Shown: piece after piece, positions 29,942 to 41,357 of the stretch
Position numbering within the stretch: the stretch's first letter is position 1
How the letters are laid out: the number at the start of each line of letters is the position of its first letter
Source of the DNA: Promethearchaeota archaeon
Lineage (GTDB): Archaea > Asgardarchaeota > Lokiarchaeia > Sigyniarchaeales > SOKP01
Reading direction: 5' to 3'
DNA: 64,000 bases
Assembly: GCA_048937405.1 (NCBI GenBank)
Contig: JBHLNF010000014.1
Span: forward strand, 18,424-82,423
Notes under the pieces: model-generated
Told to the model about the DNA's origin: nothing
Seen by the model: the letters and a program-made list of their open reading frames with translations, nothing else
Database searches by the model: none
Made by a program: the position numbers and the translations under genes

Positions 29942-32830
29942 TTAGATAGTTATAAACAGAGCAGGTTTTAAAGGTTTTGCCATAGCTGCTCTATGTTTAG
30001 GATCGAATTTGGAATTTAATATAATTGTTGATTCCACTCGCTTTTCTATATAAGATTTATAATGTTCGAGCAATTTGATTTCATTTATTTTTGGTATTTT
30101 TTTTTCCCATATTCTTTCCTTTATTTGACTTTTAATAAGTGGAATAATATCCTTTCTACTCCGTAATTCTTTTTCTTTTTTCAATTCAGAGAGAATTTCA
30201 TTAAAATTATCTTTTTTTAATAAAATTATATCTAAGATCTTATATTTCCATTCGGGAGCAATATATAAATGGATTTCTCCTAATTTCTCTGATTTTAATA
30301 ATTTTTTTATATTGAAGATATCATTAATAATATTAGAAATATATTCAAATTCAGTTTCAAGAGTGCTATTAATATATTTTTTATTAAAATCATTCCAAAC
30401 CGCGTTGGAAATGAAACCTTTATTTCCAGCAATTTCCCATAATTCTTCACATAAATGTGGCATAGTCAGAGAAAGTAATTTTAACCAATCGTTATAAATT
30501 AATTTAAATACTATAAAAAAGTCATCAATTGTATCAACATCCCTATAAAATTCTTTTATTAAATTAAAGACTTCATAAAAAGAAATTTGCAAATATCTTT
30601 TTATATTATATTGTTCTAATGCTTCAACAGACTGAATAAACAACCTAATAATTTTTGATAATTGTACTTTTGAAAATTTAGATTTTATATCTTCATATTT
30701 ATGTATTATATTCTTAGATTGTTGAATGTTGTCAATTAAGAATGTAAAAAATTTGCTAAAATGAATTTTTATTATCTTGATTTCTCTTTCTCTCCAATCC
30801 ATTTTAACCCCTAAATCAGCAGTATGTGATATATAAAACCTAAATAAATCTGCTGAGTATTTCTTTTGAATATCTGCTAAAGATATAACACCTCCTTTTG
30901 ATTTCCCCATTTTTTGACCTTCGATAATTACCGGTTCAATTAAAGATATAATTTTTGGCCAATTTTTTTCTGGAAAAATTGCTACATGATGAAAAATATA
31001 AAAACTCAAATGATTAGAAATGTGCATAATTGCAGTATGACGATGATCAACAGGGTACCAATAAAGGAATTCTTGCTGTATTTCATTAAGCTCTTTCTCT
31101 CCAATACCGATTTTTTTTGAAAGCCTTGTTAAATTTCCATTTTCTAAAAATACATAGTCAAAAAATTCTGGAATTAGCTGATTGGATTTAATCTTGTATT
31201 CCTTTATTTTATGTGAAATTGTATATAATGCCATATAAATTGTACTATCACTCAGAGATTCAATTATCCATTCTTTGTTGAATGGTAAATTAGTACCCAA
31301 TCCTCTTAAACGAGCACATGGTCTTTTTGTTAACCATTCAAAAATATTCTCAAAATTTAATCTATATTTATTAGGTACAATTTTCATGTTTTTTAAGCAT
31401 TTAAATGCTTGTTCCTTCCAATCTCCTGCTTCAAAATTGAGAAACCATTGATCTTTAAGGATAGAGACAATTATTTTAGATCCACATCTGCATGTAAGAT
31501 CTTTCGTTAAAGGGAGATACAATATATCCGCTCTATTCTCTTCAATCAAATCTTTCATAACTTGTTTAGCAGCCTCGCTAACTTTCATTCCTCCATATTT
31601 TCCACATTTTTCATTGAGCACACCATTATAATATTCATCTTTATAGTTTTCACTTGTAGCTAGATCTAGTTCCTTCTTATCTTTTTGTGTATTTGCTCTA
31701 TGTCTATCACAATAGAATTTAGCTGGAAAATCTTTAAATCCTTTTAATTCAATTATCAAAATTGGAAAAATTAATTCAATTTGTCTCTGATCTAAATGAA
31801 ATTTATCGATTTTCTGCTTATTCTTTTGCAAATCAATTAAAGCGATATAATCATAGGGTGCATGAGCAGGGACAGAATATACTACTCCTGTTGCTGTGGT
31901 TATATCAACAAAATCTCCTGGTAAAATAGGTATTTCTTTTATACCATATACATCACTAACATTCTTTCCAAGAATCTCTTTCCCCCAAAATTTTTCCAAT
32001 ATTTTAACATCCTTCCCTTGATTTTCTAATAGGAATTTTGCTTCTTCAGATATATACCAAATTTCACTATTTACAAGGGCTTTAATATAAATTCCCTCTG
32101 GATTAATCCAAAGGTTTGTTACTCCATAAATAGTTTCTGGTCTTAATGTTGAAGCAACGAGAAATCCTTCCTCGAAAGGAAATTTAATACATATATATTC
32201 ACTAATACTCAGATCCAACTCATCTCCTCGTGAAATATCATCCTCTCCTACAGCATTTTTGTCTTGAGGACAATAAAGAATTGGATATTCTCCCTTTTCG
32301 ATATATCCTTTCTCTTTCAAATGATAATATTGCCATTCTATAAATTTATTATATATTTTATCTCCAGTTGTAAATTCTCTTCTCCAATCCAGACTCATTC
32401 CAATAGATTTAAAATCTATTTTCATTTTTTTAGAAAAATAATTTACAACGTTCCAAGGATCTGTAAAGCTTTTTACTATTTTTTCTATTTTTTCTTTATC
32501 CTTAGTATGTAAGCTTATATAAGCTTTCATTCTAGAAATCACCTTTTGATCTCCTCTTTCTATTGAAGAAGAAATAGCTAGAACAGGTGTACCTGTAATA
32601 TGGAATGCCATTGGATATAAAACATTATATCCTCTAGCTCTGTAATACCTAGCAAATATATCGCAATTTACAAAAGCTCTTCCATGTCCTATATGTAGCG
32701 TACCAGATGCATAAGGATAAGGTGAAGTAATGAAAATCTTATTCTGATTTGAATCTGGATTTGTCTCAAATATTTTTGCTCGTTCCCATCTATCTTGCCA
32801 TTTTTTTTCAAATTGTTGGGGATTATACAT
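29942..32830 (-). CDS. leuS: Leucine--tRNA ligase, archaeal type
   Basis: PYPYASGTLHIGH, STLRPETIYGVTN, SVPAHAPYDY, IESLSDSTIY, KMGKSKG. Confidence 0.95.
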   Translation of the reverse strand: MYNPQQFEKKWQDRWERAKIFETNPDSNQNKIFITSPYPYASGTLHIGHGRAFVNCDIFARYYRARGYNVLYPMAFHITGTPVLAISSSIERGDQKVISRMKAYISLHTKDKEKIEKIVKSFTDPWNVVNYFSKKMKIDFKSIGMSLDWRREFTTGDKIYNKFIEWQYYHLKEKGYIEKGEYPILYCPQDKNAVGEDDISRGDELDLSISEYICIKFPFEEGFLVASTLRPETIYGVTNLWINPEGIYIKALVNSEIWYISEEAKFLLENQGKDVKILEKFWGKEILGKNVSDVYGIKEIPILPGDFVDITTATGVVYSVPAHAPYDYIALIDLQKNKQKIDKFHLDQRQIELIFPILIIELKGFKDFPAKFYCDRHRANTQKDKKELDLATSENYKDEYYNGVLNEKCGKYGGMKVSEAAKQVMKDLIEENRADILYLPLTKDLTCRCGSKIIVSILKDQWFLNFEAGDWKEQAFKCLKNMKIVPNKYRLNFENIFEWLTKRPCARLRGLGTNLPFNKEWIIESLSDSTIYMALYTISHKIKEYKIKSNQLIPEFFDYVFLENGNLTRLSKKIGIGEKELNEIQQEFLYWYPVDHRHTAIMHISNHLSFYIFHHVAIFPEKNWPKIISLIEPVIIEGQKMGKSKGGVISLADIQKKYSADLFRFYISHTADLGVKMDWREREIKIIKIHFSKFFTFLIDNIQQSKNIIHKYEDIKSKFSKVQLSKIIRLFIQSVEALEQYNIKRYLQISFYEVFNLIKEFYRDVDTIDDFFIVFKLIYNDWLKLLSLTMPHLCEELWEIAGNKGFISNAVWNDFNKKYINSTLETEFEYISNIINDIFNIKKLLKSEKLGEIHLYIAPEWKYKILDIILLKKDNFNEILSELKKEKELRSRKDIIPLIKSQIKERIWEKKIPKINEIKLLEHYKSYIEKRVESTIILNSKFDPKHRAAMAKPLKPALFITI

Positions 32831-33249
32831 AATTTTTCAATTTTTTATAAGATTTTTCTTCTCTTTTTTAACTCAAGAAAATTATAATCTCTTTCATTTT
32901 ATATTACACATCAAGCGAATAAATCCGTTTTAGAGTAAAAAGAAAAAGATTATAAGGATTTATATAGCTTAAGATAATAATAAAACTGCATGTAATTTAA
33001 CTAGGGAAACTAAATCCCTTAAATTAATGTTTAAAGCAGTTTTATTTAAATTCATTATAACTATAATATAGCTTTTTTATATTAAAATTTTTCTAAGAAT
33101 TTCTTTATTCATAATAGAGAAATTTTAATAATATTATTATAGATCATTCATTTTATTTATAGCAAATTGTTAAATATATCCTCATCTATCTTTTTTAAAA
33201 TAAACTTCAAGATTAAGTATTATTAGCCACAATTAAAAAATAGGGAGAG

Positions 33250-35163
33250 ATGGATAACTTGGAAGATTCAAAAGAAAAAAAAAATGTAACAATAAAATCA
33301 CCAGAAAAATTTTTTTCTATTCTTAATTCTCTAAACGAACCTATGCATATTATTGATAGAAATTACAAGATCCAATTTTTAAATATAGCAATGACTCAAT
33401 GGCTTATCAAATTGGAAATTGATGTTGATATTATTGGGGAATCTCTCTTTAAAATGTTTGATTTCTTAGAATATGATGAAATTTATAAAGAATATGATAA
33501 TGTCTTCAACACGGGTGAAACTCTTATCACAAATGAAGTAATAAACCTCAATACTCACAGAATATTTACTGAGGTTCAAAAAATTCCAGTTAAAAGTAAT
33601 GAAAAAGTAGAACAAATTGTAACAATTATACGAGATATTACAGAACAAAAATTAGCAGAAGAAAAATTAAAAGAATCTGAAGAAAAATTCAGAACTATAG
33701 CAGAACAATCGTTTATGGGAATATTCATCATACAGGATGGTATTTTAAAATATTATAACAAGGAAGCAATTAGAATAAATAATTATTCAAGAGAAGAAAT
33801 ACAAAATTGGAAACCGTTTGAATTTCTAAAACTTATTCACCCAGATGATAGAGAATTTGTGATGGAACAAGTATTGAAGAAACAAGCTGGTGATCCTGAT
33901 GTTCAAACTCATCATCAATATAGAGTGTTAAAAAAAAACGGAGAAGCATATTGGGTTGATAATTTTTCAAAATCTATTAACTATGAAGGAAAACCAGCTG
34001 ATTTTGTGATGACGATTGACATTAGTGATAAAATAACATCAGAAGATAAAATAAAAGAATCCGAAGAAAATTTCAGAACTATTGCTGAACAAGCGTTTGT
34101 AGGGACGTTAATAGTTCAAAATGATAAAGTGGAATATGTGAATGATGCTTTGCTAAAGATTTTTGAATTTACTAAAAATGATGTGGAAAATTGGACCATA
34201 AATGATCTAATTAAATTAATTTATCCTGAAGATTTGGAAAATCTAAGAGAACATCGTAAAAGGATAAAAGCAGGTGAATCTGATATGAATTCCTTGTATT
34301 CCTATAGAGTATTTACTAAATATGGAAAGTTGAAATGGATTGACCAATTCTTAAAGCAAATAATTTATCGAGGAAAACCAGCAGAATTAATCAGTATCTT
34401 GGATATTACTGAAAAAAAGAAGGCTGAGCAAGAATTAATAAAACTCAACAATTTAAAGTCAGAAATTCTTAGAAGAACATCTCACGAGTTAAAAACACCC
34501 CTTGTTTCTATTAAGGGATTTTCTGATCTTTTATTGACGGTACATAGAGAAAAACTTAATGATTATGTTTTAGCTACTATTCATGAAATAAAACTTGGAT
34601 GTGAAAGATTAGAAAATCTTATACAAGATATATTGAAAAGCTCTGAATTAGAAAGTGGAACTGTCGAACTAAAGAAAAAGGAAGAAGATTTATCATTCTT
34701 GATAAAACTATGTATAAAAGAATTAGGTGGTTTAATTAGACTTAGAGATCATGAAATTATTTTGGAAATCCATGATAAATTAATATCTTGGTTTGAACCA
34801 GATCAAATTCATCTTGTTATTAGTAATTTACTTAGTAATGCTATAAAATATACGCCTCCAGGTGGAAAAATTATTATTAGATCAGCTAAAACACAGGATT
34901 ACATCATAATTTCGATAGAAGATAATGGAATTGGAATAAGTAACGACGAAAAGAAAAGATTATTTTCCCAATTCGGTAAAATCGAAAGATATGGTCAGGG
35001 ATTAGATATTATTGCAGAGGGTTCAGGATTAGGATTGTTTATCACCAAAAAAATTATTGAATTACATGGAGGTAAAATAAGGGTAAAATCCAAAGGAAGA
35101 AATAAAGGTTCAACCTTTTCATTTACAATTCCAAGAATATTTAAAAATAAAAAACCAGATTAA
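33250..35163 (+). CDS. Sensor histidine kinase with 3 PAS domains
   Basis: PAS repeats, SHELKTPL, NLLSNAIKY, DNGIG, GSGLGL. Confidence 0.92.
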   Translation: MDNLEDSKEKKNVTIKSPEKFFSILNSLNEPMHIIDRNYKIQFLNIAMTQWLIKLEIDVDIIGESLFKMFDFLEYDEIYKEYDNVFNTGETLITNEVINLNTHRIFTEVQKIPVKSNEKVEQIVTIIRDITEQKLAEEKLKESEEKFRTIAEQSFMGIFIIQDGILKYYNKEAIRINNYSREEIQNWKPFEFLKLIHPDDREFVMEQVLKKQAGDPDVQTHHQYRVLKKNGEAYWVDNFSKSINYEGKPADFVMTIDISDKITSEDKIKESEENFRTIAEQAFVGTLIVQNDKVEYVNDALLKIFEFTKNDVENWTINDLIKLIYPEDLENLREHRKRIKAGESDMNSLYSYRVFTKYGKLKWIDQFLKQIIYRGKPAELISILDITEKKKAEQELIKLNNLKSEILRRTSHELKTPLVSIKGFSDLLLTVHREKLNDYVLATIHEIKLGCERLENLIQDILKSSELESGTVELKKKEEDLSFLIKLCIKELGGLIRLRDHEIILEIHDKLISWFEPDQIHLVISNLLSNAIKYTPPGGKIIIRSAKTQDYIIISIEDNGIGISNDEKKRLFSQFGKIERYGQGLDIIAEGSGLGLFITKKIIELHGGKIRVKSKGRNKGSTFSFTIPRIFKNKKPD

Positions 35164-35204
35164 TGAATTAATTTAAATTAAAATTTACCGTCATTTTAAA
35201 AAAA

Positions 35205-36152
35205 TTAAGATTTGATACTCAGGTGTTGGATTGAATTTGGTGTAAAGGAAAATTCATTTTTATTGTACGGAATTATCTTTACTAATGGTAAAAAATTAGC
35301 TAAATAGAGTGAAATCCCTCTAACTTTCCTATTATTAAGAAAAAAGTTAGTATTATTAAATTTAAGAAATCCGAACTGTTGATCTATTTCATGTAGGGTA
35401 CCAATCTTGATTGATCCGAAATACACTGAAGGAAAAGTCTTGAAATTCATTTTTTTTCTAAATATCACGGTACCAATTTTATAGTGCGGAATACCACTAT
35501 CCAGAATACAATTTAAAGTATTGATACTTACCTTAAAACCAAAGAATGGATAAATATTGTGATAAAAAGGTTCTGGTAAAGTGGCAAGAATCATTTCTGG
35601 ACAAATCGAATAAATTTTGATAGGAATTTGATTTGGTCTTTCATTTTCGTAAATTTCTTCTTTTTTATTTTTAGTATCAATTGCTAAAGAGAAATTTTTT
35701 CCTCCTCTAGCGCGAATGGCATTATCTACCGATCTGATTTCTAAATGCATGTGAGGACTTGACCAATAAGCAAAATACCCATTTCGAATAGTTTTTCCTA
35801 GTAGTTCTCCTATTTCAATATTATCTCCAACACATACATCTGGTTTGACATGCATCATTTTCCATAATATTTTTGGATTATTAGGATTGCTAATCAATAT
35901 TAAATAATCAACATTAAGTCCATCAGAAAATTTTGGTCTAGGCGCCTGGAGAGATTTAATCTTAATAATTTTACCTGAAACAGGACTTAGAACTTCATAA
36001 TTTTTTAAAGCTAAATCATGATAAATATCAATAGCAAGTCCGTGTTGATGTGCATAATAAGGTGATGTACCTAAACTGAAATGACTGGTTTTTGGAATTG
36101 ATACTTGAATATCGTCCATTTTGATAATATCATAAAATTCAGATTTCAGCAT
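35205..36152 (-). CDS. M23 peptidase-like protein
   Basis: HQHGLAIDIY, SPVSGKI, PHMHLEIR (HxH). Confidence 0.65.
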   Translation of the reverse strand: MLKSEFYDIIKMDDIQVSIPKTSHFSLGTSPYYAHQHGLAIDIYHDLALKNYEVLSPVSGKIIKIKSLQAPRPKFSDGLNVDYLILISNPNNPKILWKMMHVKPDVCVGDNIEIGELLGKTIRNGYFAYWSSPHMHLEIRSVDNAIRARGGKNFSLAIDTKNKKEEIYENERPNQIPIKIYSICPEMILATLPEPFYHNIYPFFGFKVSINTLNCILDSGIPHYKIGTVIFRKKMNFKTFPSVYFGSIKIGTLHEIDQQFGFLKFNNTNFFLNNRKVRGISLYLANFLPLVKIIPYNKNEFSFTPNSIQHLSIKS

Positions 36153-36462
36153 ATGGAGAATTATTGTTAATCAACTAGTTTCTATATAAAGTTAATAAAT
36201 TCTTTTAAAAAAAAGTATTGTTTGAGGAAAAAGTTACTAATTTTAATTATATCTAACTGCTAATTAATTCCTTCATGATTTTCAAATCAAATAAAAAGAC
36301 TTTCTAGGGCGAATAGTTGATAAAAGATTATTTTTATAATATGAATAAGATTTGTTGTTCAATTAAGATCATTTTTTTTTGAAATACTAGTTTTTATATA
36401 TTTTTATTTTTATTATCAAGCTATATTTATTCTGTAATAGTTTTAATCATAAGCTTATTTGG

Positions 36463-38457
36463 GTGATAAAAATAGCCATTCTCGATATTAATATTTTTAC
36501 TCCTTCTGAAAGTGAAAAACTGAAGCATTTATTAAAGAACCCAGAAGAAGATTTGCATAAAATACTCTCAATATTAGAAGACAAAATTGTGGAAAACAAT
36601 AGATATTCACGAGAGATAGAAAAGAAATATCGCTCTTTACTCGATGGATTAACGCATGCTGAAATTGGTATAGATATTGTGAATAAAGATCATAAAATAT
36701 TATTTCAAAATGAAGTCTTAAAAGAAAGATTTGGAAAATCTAAGGAAAATATTTGTTATGAGAGTTATTTGGACTTGGAAAAACCATGTGAGACTTGTCC
36801 AATGGAAGAAGCTTTAAAGTACAATAGAGTTGAACGAACCAAATTGGATACAGCTGATGGGAAAACTTACGAATTAATTTCTGCCCCATATCCTAATCAA
36901 GATGGTTCAATAGATAAAGTTGCTGAAGTAATAATTGATATCACAGAAAGAACAAAAATTGAGCAAAAATTACGAGAATCTGAAGAAAAATTCCGAACTA
37001 TTGCTGAACAATCTCTTGTTGGTATAATTATTATTCAAAATGAAAAAGTAGTATATGTGAATAATGCTGAAGCATTTATAATGGGTTATTCAGTTGAGGA
37101 GATGATGGAATGGTGTTTGGAAGATTTATTTAACCATATATATCCTGATGATAGAGAAGGAGCCTTAAAAAGAAATCGTAGAAGTTTAGGAGTAGATGAA
37201 ATATTACCAACCTTTTCATATAGAATATTAACCAAATTAAATGAAATTAAATTTGTAGAAATATACAGTAAAATAATTGATTTCAACGAGCAACCAGCAA
37301 TTCTTACTTATGTTCTTGATATAACTGATAAAAAAAGAGCAGAAAAAAAATTAAAAGAATCGGAAGAAAAATTCAGGAATATTGCCGAACAATCATTAAT
37401 CGGAATTGGAATTGTTCAGGATAATTTAATGAAATACGTTAATAGAAAGTTTGCTGATATATTTGGATATACAGTAGATGAAATGTTGAGGTGGTCATCA
37501 GAAGAATTTATGAAGACTGTTCATCCTGAAGATAGGGCGTTTGTTTTTGACCAAGTAAAGAAAAAACAATCAGATTCCGAAGATTATTTACAAAACTATC
37601 AATTTAGAGGTTTAAAAAAATCAGGTGAAGAGATCTGGATTGAGAATTTTACAAAATCCATAATTTATGAGGGTAAAGCTTCTGATTTTGTAGCATTTAT
37701 TGATATTACTGAAAGGAAAAATGCACAACAAGAGATTATCAAATTAAATCAATTGAAATCTGAATTACTCAGAAGGACCTCACATGAGTTAAAAACACCT
37801 TTAGTGTCCATCAAAGGTTTTTGTGAACTCTTATTAGAAATACATAGAGATAAATTAGATGCTATGGTAATATCTACACTAAACGAGATTAAACAAGGTT
37901 GTTTACGTCTTGAAACTCTTATTGGTGACATTTTAAAAACTGCTGAATTAGATTCTGGTAAAATAGAACTACATAAATCAGAAGAAAATCTGGCTTTTTT
38001 AATTAGAATCTGCGTGAATGAGATTAAAGGATTCTCAAAATTAAGAAATCATAGAATAAATGTAGAATTACAAGAAAACTTAATAACTCAGTTTGAAAAA
38101 GAGCAAATTCATCAGGTGATTAGTAATCTTTTAAACAATGCAGTTAAATATACACCTCCAGGCGGTTTAATAGAGATTAAATCTGAATTTAGAGATGATT
38201 TCATAATTATCTCAATAAAGGACGATGGCATAGGGTTCACAGAAGAAGAAAAAACAAGAATATTTAATCAATTCGGTAAAATCGAAAGATATGGCCAAGG
38301 ATTAGATATTATTGCGGAAGGTTCAGGTTTTGGGTTATTTATTTCTAAAAAGATTATAGAATTACACGATGGAGAAATTTGGGTTGAATCAGAAGGAAGA
38401 AACAAGGGTTCAACATTTTATTTCTCATTACCATTGATATATAATGGAAAACAATAA
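36463..38457 (+). CDS. Sensor histidine kinase with 3 PAS domains
   Basis: PAS repeats including CYE...PCETCP, SHELKTPL, NLLNNAVKY, DDGIG. Confidence 0.92.
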   Translation: MIKIAILDINIFTPSESEKLKHLLKNPEEDLHKILSILEDKIVENNRYSREIEKKYRSLLDGLTHAEIGIDIVNKDHKILFQNEVLKERFGKSKENICYESYLDLEKPCETCPMEEALKYNRVERTKLDTADGKTYELISAPYPNQDGSIDKVAEVIIDITERTKIEQKLRESEEKFRTIAEQSLVGIIIIQNEKVVYVNNAEAFIMGYSVEEMMEWCLEDLFNHIYPDDREGALKRNRRSLGVDEILPTFSYRILTKLNEIKFVEIYSKIIDFNEQPAILTYVLDITDKKRAEKKLKESEEKFRNIAEQSLIGIGIVQDNLMKYVNRKFADIFGYTVDEMLRWSSEEFMKTVHPEDRAFVFDQVKKKQSDSEDYLQNYQFRGLKKSGEEIWIENFTKSIIYEGKASDFVAFIDITERKNAQQEIIKLNQLKSELLRRTSHELKTPLVSIKGFCELLLEIHRDKLDAMVISTLNEIKQGCLRLETLIGDILKTAELDSGKIELHKSEENLAFLIRICVNEIKGFSKLRNHRINVELQENLITQFEKEQIHQVISNLLNNAVKYTPPGGLIEIKSEFRDDFIIISIKDDGIGFTEEEKTRIFNQFGKIERYGQGLDIIAEGSGFGLFISKKIIELHDGEIWVESEGRNKGSTFYFSLPLIYNGKQ

Positions 38458-38582
38458 GTTTACTAGTCTTTTTTAGATTCTTTTTCCAAAAAAATCTCAA
38501 AAATGTTAAAGTTTATTTTTTTTGCTCGTATATATTATTATGATTCTTTAGAAATTAAAGAATTTTTAAAAAGTTAAAAAAT

Positions 38583-38855
38583 TTGGTTTTAAAATTGGTA
38601 AAAGGAACAGTAAAATGGTTTAATAGCCGTAAAGGTTTCGGATTTATAAATTCCGAAGAAGGAGGCGACATCTTTGTCCATTACACTGCATTAGCGGGTA
38701 GAGATGATGAATATAAAACCTTAAACGAAAATGACAAAGTTGAATTTGATGTTGTTGAAGGTCAGAAAGGTCCTCAAGCTAGTAATGTTGTAGTCACTGA
38801 GAAGGCACCTCCTAATCCATATGGTAGAGGAAGAGCAAGAAATTTCCGTATTTAA
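38583..38855 (+). CDS. Cold-shock domain protein
   Basis: [14 protein letters not shown] (RNP1), DIFVHY (RNP2), GQKGPQA. Confidence 0.93.
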   Translation: MVLKLVKGTVKWFNSRKGFGFINSEEGGDIFVHYTALAGRDDEYKTLNENDKVEFDVVEGQKGPQASNVVVTEKAPPNPYGRGRARNFRI

Positions 38856-39214
38856 GTTTTTAATATGTATAATTTCGTAAAAAGAAAATATTGAATAAGA
38901 AATAAATAATAATTTGTAAAATTTGTTTTTGCGATTGTTATCGATTCTTATCCTTTTTTTTATTTTTTTATTTTATTGATATTTTCAATTTTTATTATCG
39001 TTTTGAATTAATTCCTAATACTCATATATTTTTAGTTAAGGTAATAAGAACGTAAGAAAAATGATTAATTTTTACACCAATTTGATTAGATTTTAATTAA
39101 GACTAATATAAAGATAGGTTCATTTCTTTCCTTTATTTTAAACTGAGTTATATATTCAGTTGAACTCTTTCTAAATTTAAGTAATATCTTTTTAAAAAAG
39201 ATCGGTGAAAAGAT

Positions 39215-39541
39215 TTGAAAAAAAGGTTAGTAAATTGGCTAAAAATGATTGTCAAGTCGTTTTTCATTAGTTTTTTCACTATATTTGTCTTATCCTTAGT
39301 AATAATTGGAATCGCTTTTAGTATTATAACAATAATTCCGGATAAGGCAAGCAAGCCATGTTATTTGGGATACTATGCTCATTGCTCATTTACTCCGTAT
39401 AGTACTATAATTTTACTTGTCATGGCATTAATAGGTACTCTTCTTTTGATAAAATTAATTAAATATTTTAAATCGAAATATACAAAGACTTTAGAAAAAA
39501 ACTCGAAAGTTCAAGTTTTAGCAAAAAGTATAAGTAAATAA
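39215..39541 (+). CDS. Small 2-TM membrane protein with a CYLGYYAHCSF loop
   Basis: Two hydrophobic segments flanking a Cys/His loop. Confidence 0.6.
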   Translation: MKKRLVNWLKMIVKSFFISFFTIFVLSLVIIGIAFSIITIIPDKASKPCYLGYYAHCSFTPYSTIILLVMALIGTLLLIKLIKYFKSKYTKTLEKNSKVQVLAKSISK

Positions 39542-39572
39542 TCTTTTTTTTTTTCTTTTACTAAGTATATTT

Positions 39573-40496
39573 ATGGATGAGATCGATCTTAAAACAATCT
39601 TACTTTTAATGAATAATTCAAGATTAACATATCGAGAGATTTCAGATCACCTTGGTTTATCGGTTAATGCTGTATATAAAAGAGTTCAATCACTTATAGA
39701 TCTAAGAGTTATCGAAAAATTTACAGCAAGATTGAAACCATATGCTATAAATGCTATTTATGTATTTATTTTTGGTCAGAGTAATGCTCAGGATATGGAT
39801 AAAGTAATATCTGAATTAGGGAAACATGAAAATACCTGGCAGATTATATTTTCAAGTAGAAATTATATGTATATTGGTTCTATGTTAGAAAATATTCATC
39901 AATTAGAGCATTATTCATCTTTTGTTTCTCAAATTACAAAAATTCAATCTCCTAAAATTGGATTACTTTCTGGAGTATTTTATTCTGTTCCAATACCTTA
40001 TATCGTTCCTCAGTCAAGATCTATGAATTATGATAATTTAGATTTAGAAATCATTCAATCATTACATAATGATTCACGGAAATCAATCTCAGAAATTGCT
40101 GAAGATGTTAATAGCACTCCAAATACAGTTCGACGTCGTTTAACTAGATTAATTGAGGAAGGGATAATAGAATTATCAATTAATTTTAATCCTCAAGCTT
40201 CAGAAGATATTTTTGCTTTATTTCAAATAACTATAAAACCTACGGTAGAAAAGAATGAACTTGCAAAGCATTTAAATGAGAAATATAGTCCAAACATCTT
40301 TTATTGTTGGACATTTAGTAATCTCCCTAATATTATTATTTGTTGGGTCTGGTCTAATAATATGAAAGAATTAAATGGATTACTTGAAAACATTAAACAA
40401 GAAAATATCGATTCTATAATGTTTGATATTATGCATAAAGTATTATATTTTGATACTTGGAAAGAAAAAATTTTATTCAAAAAAAAGACTGAATAA
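39573..40496 (+). CDS. Tandem Lrp/AsnC family transcriptional regulator
   Basis: Two modules: MDEID...NSRLTYREIS...AVYKRV and DNLD...DSRKSISEIA...TVRRRL. Confidence 0.88.
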   Translation: MDEIDLKTILLLMNNSRLTYREISDHLGLSVNAVYKRVQSLIDLRVIEKFTARLKPYAINAIYVFIFGQSNAQDMDKVISELGKHENTWQIIFSSRNYMYIGSMLENIHQLEHYSSFVSQITKIQSPKIGLLSGVFYSVPIPYIVPQSRSMNYDNLDLEIIQSLHNDSRKSISEIAEDVNSTPNTVRRRLTRLIEEGIIELSINFNPQASEDIFALFQITIKPTVEKNELAKHLNEKYSPNIFYCWTFSNLPNIIICWVWSNNMKELNGLLENIKQENIDSIMFDIMHKVLYFDTWKEKILFKKKTE

Positions 40497-40514
40497 ATTT
40501 TAGTAAATAACGGT

Positions 40515-41357
40515 TTATATTACACAAAATCTTAACCAGATTGCCACTCTTATAAAATGTACAATATAGCTTGTAAATCCGGCAAATAAGATAATTTTAT
40601 GTAAGTGTGCCTTTTTTATTAGAATTCTCTGCTTTTTTCCTTTTATCCATAATAACAATCCAATTATACCTGATAAACCTGCTAATCCTGAAATAATAAC
40701 TTCAGACAATAGAAGAAACCATGAAAAAATTGGATTTATTGTACTAAAGCAATCTCCCCCAATGCTTACAAAGTATAATGCTCGAATAAAGAAAAATAAT
40801 GGTCCACCAGATAAGAGTAACCATTTTAATCGATTTAAAAATACAAAATCATTTGATTTTATCAATTTTTTAGTTCTAAAGGGAATTTCATTTTGTTTAA
40901 TATTATTGTTTAGTTTATCTGAAATCTTCAATCCAATTTGTTCCATAAAATCTGAAGTATGTTCCTTGAGAGGTCCTTCTTTATCTAGAACAATTCCGGT
41001 GATAGGTGGATAAATAATCTCTATCCTCCTCATTTTTAAGTATTTTATAATTCTTTTTGCTGAAGATCCAGCTAACTTAAAATCTGCTTTAGTTTCAAAG
41101 ACAAATGCTTGCATTTTTTCTATTTTATAATATGGAAGTTTTTTTAAAAATATCTTAATACGTTTTGAACTTCCACGAAAATGTGTAGGACTCCCAATTC
41201 CTATAATACTGTAGTTATCTATTGATGCTAAATCAAGATCTTGAATGAAATAGCAATCTACATGGATACCTCCTGCCTCTAAGCCTCGACTTAATGACAT
41301 TGCAACTTTTTTAGTATTTCCATAGATGGAGTCATATACAATTAGAGCTCGCTTCAT
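40515..41357 (-). CDS. Flavodoxin-like domain fused to a C-terminal membrane domain
   Basis: IVYDSIYGNTKKVA, IGSPTH; about three hydrophobic C-terminal segments. Confidence 0.75.
   Translation of the reverse strand: MKRALIVYDSIYGNTKKVAMSLSRGLEAGGIHVDCYFIQDLDLASIDNYSIIGIGSPTHFRGSSKRIKIFLKKLPYYKIEKMQAFVFETKADFKLAGSSAKRIIKYLKMRRIEIIYPPITGIVLDKEGPLKEHTSDFMEQIGLKISDKLNNNIKQNEIPFRTKKLIKSNDFVFLNRLKWLLLSGGPLFFFIRALYFVSIGGDCFSTINPIFSWFLLLSEVIISGLAGLSGIIGLLLWIKGKKQRILIKKAHLHKIILFAGFTSYIVHFIRVAIWLRFCVI

Noticed and set aside
30898-30915. KMGKS instead of KMSKS in LeuRS
   Set aside because: Single conservative variant in an otherwise intact gene; not evidence of inactivation
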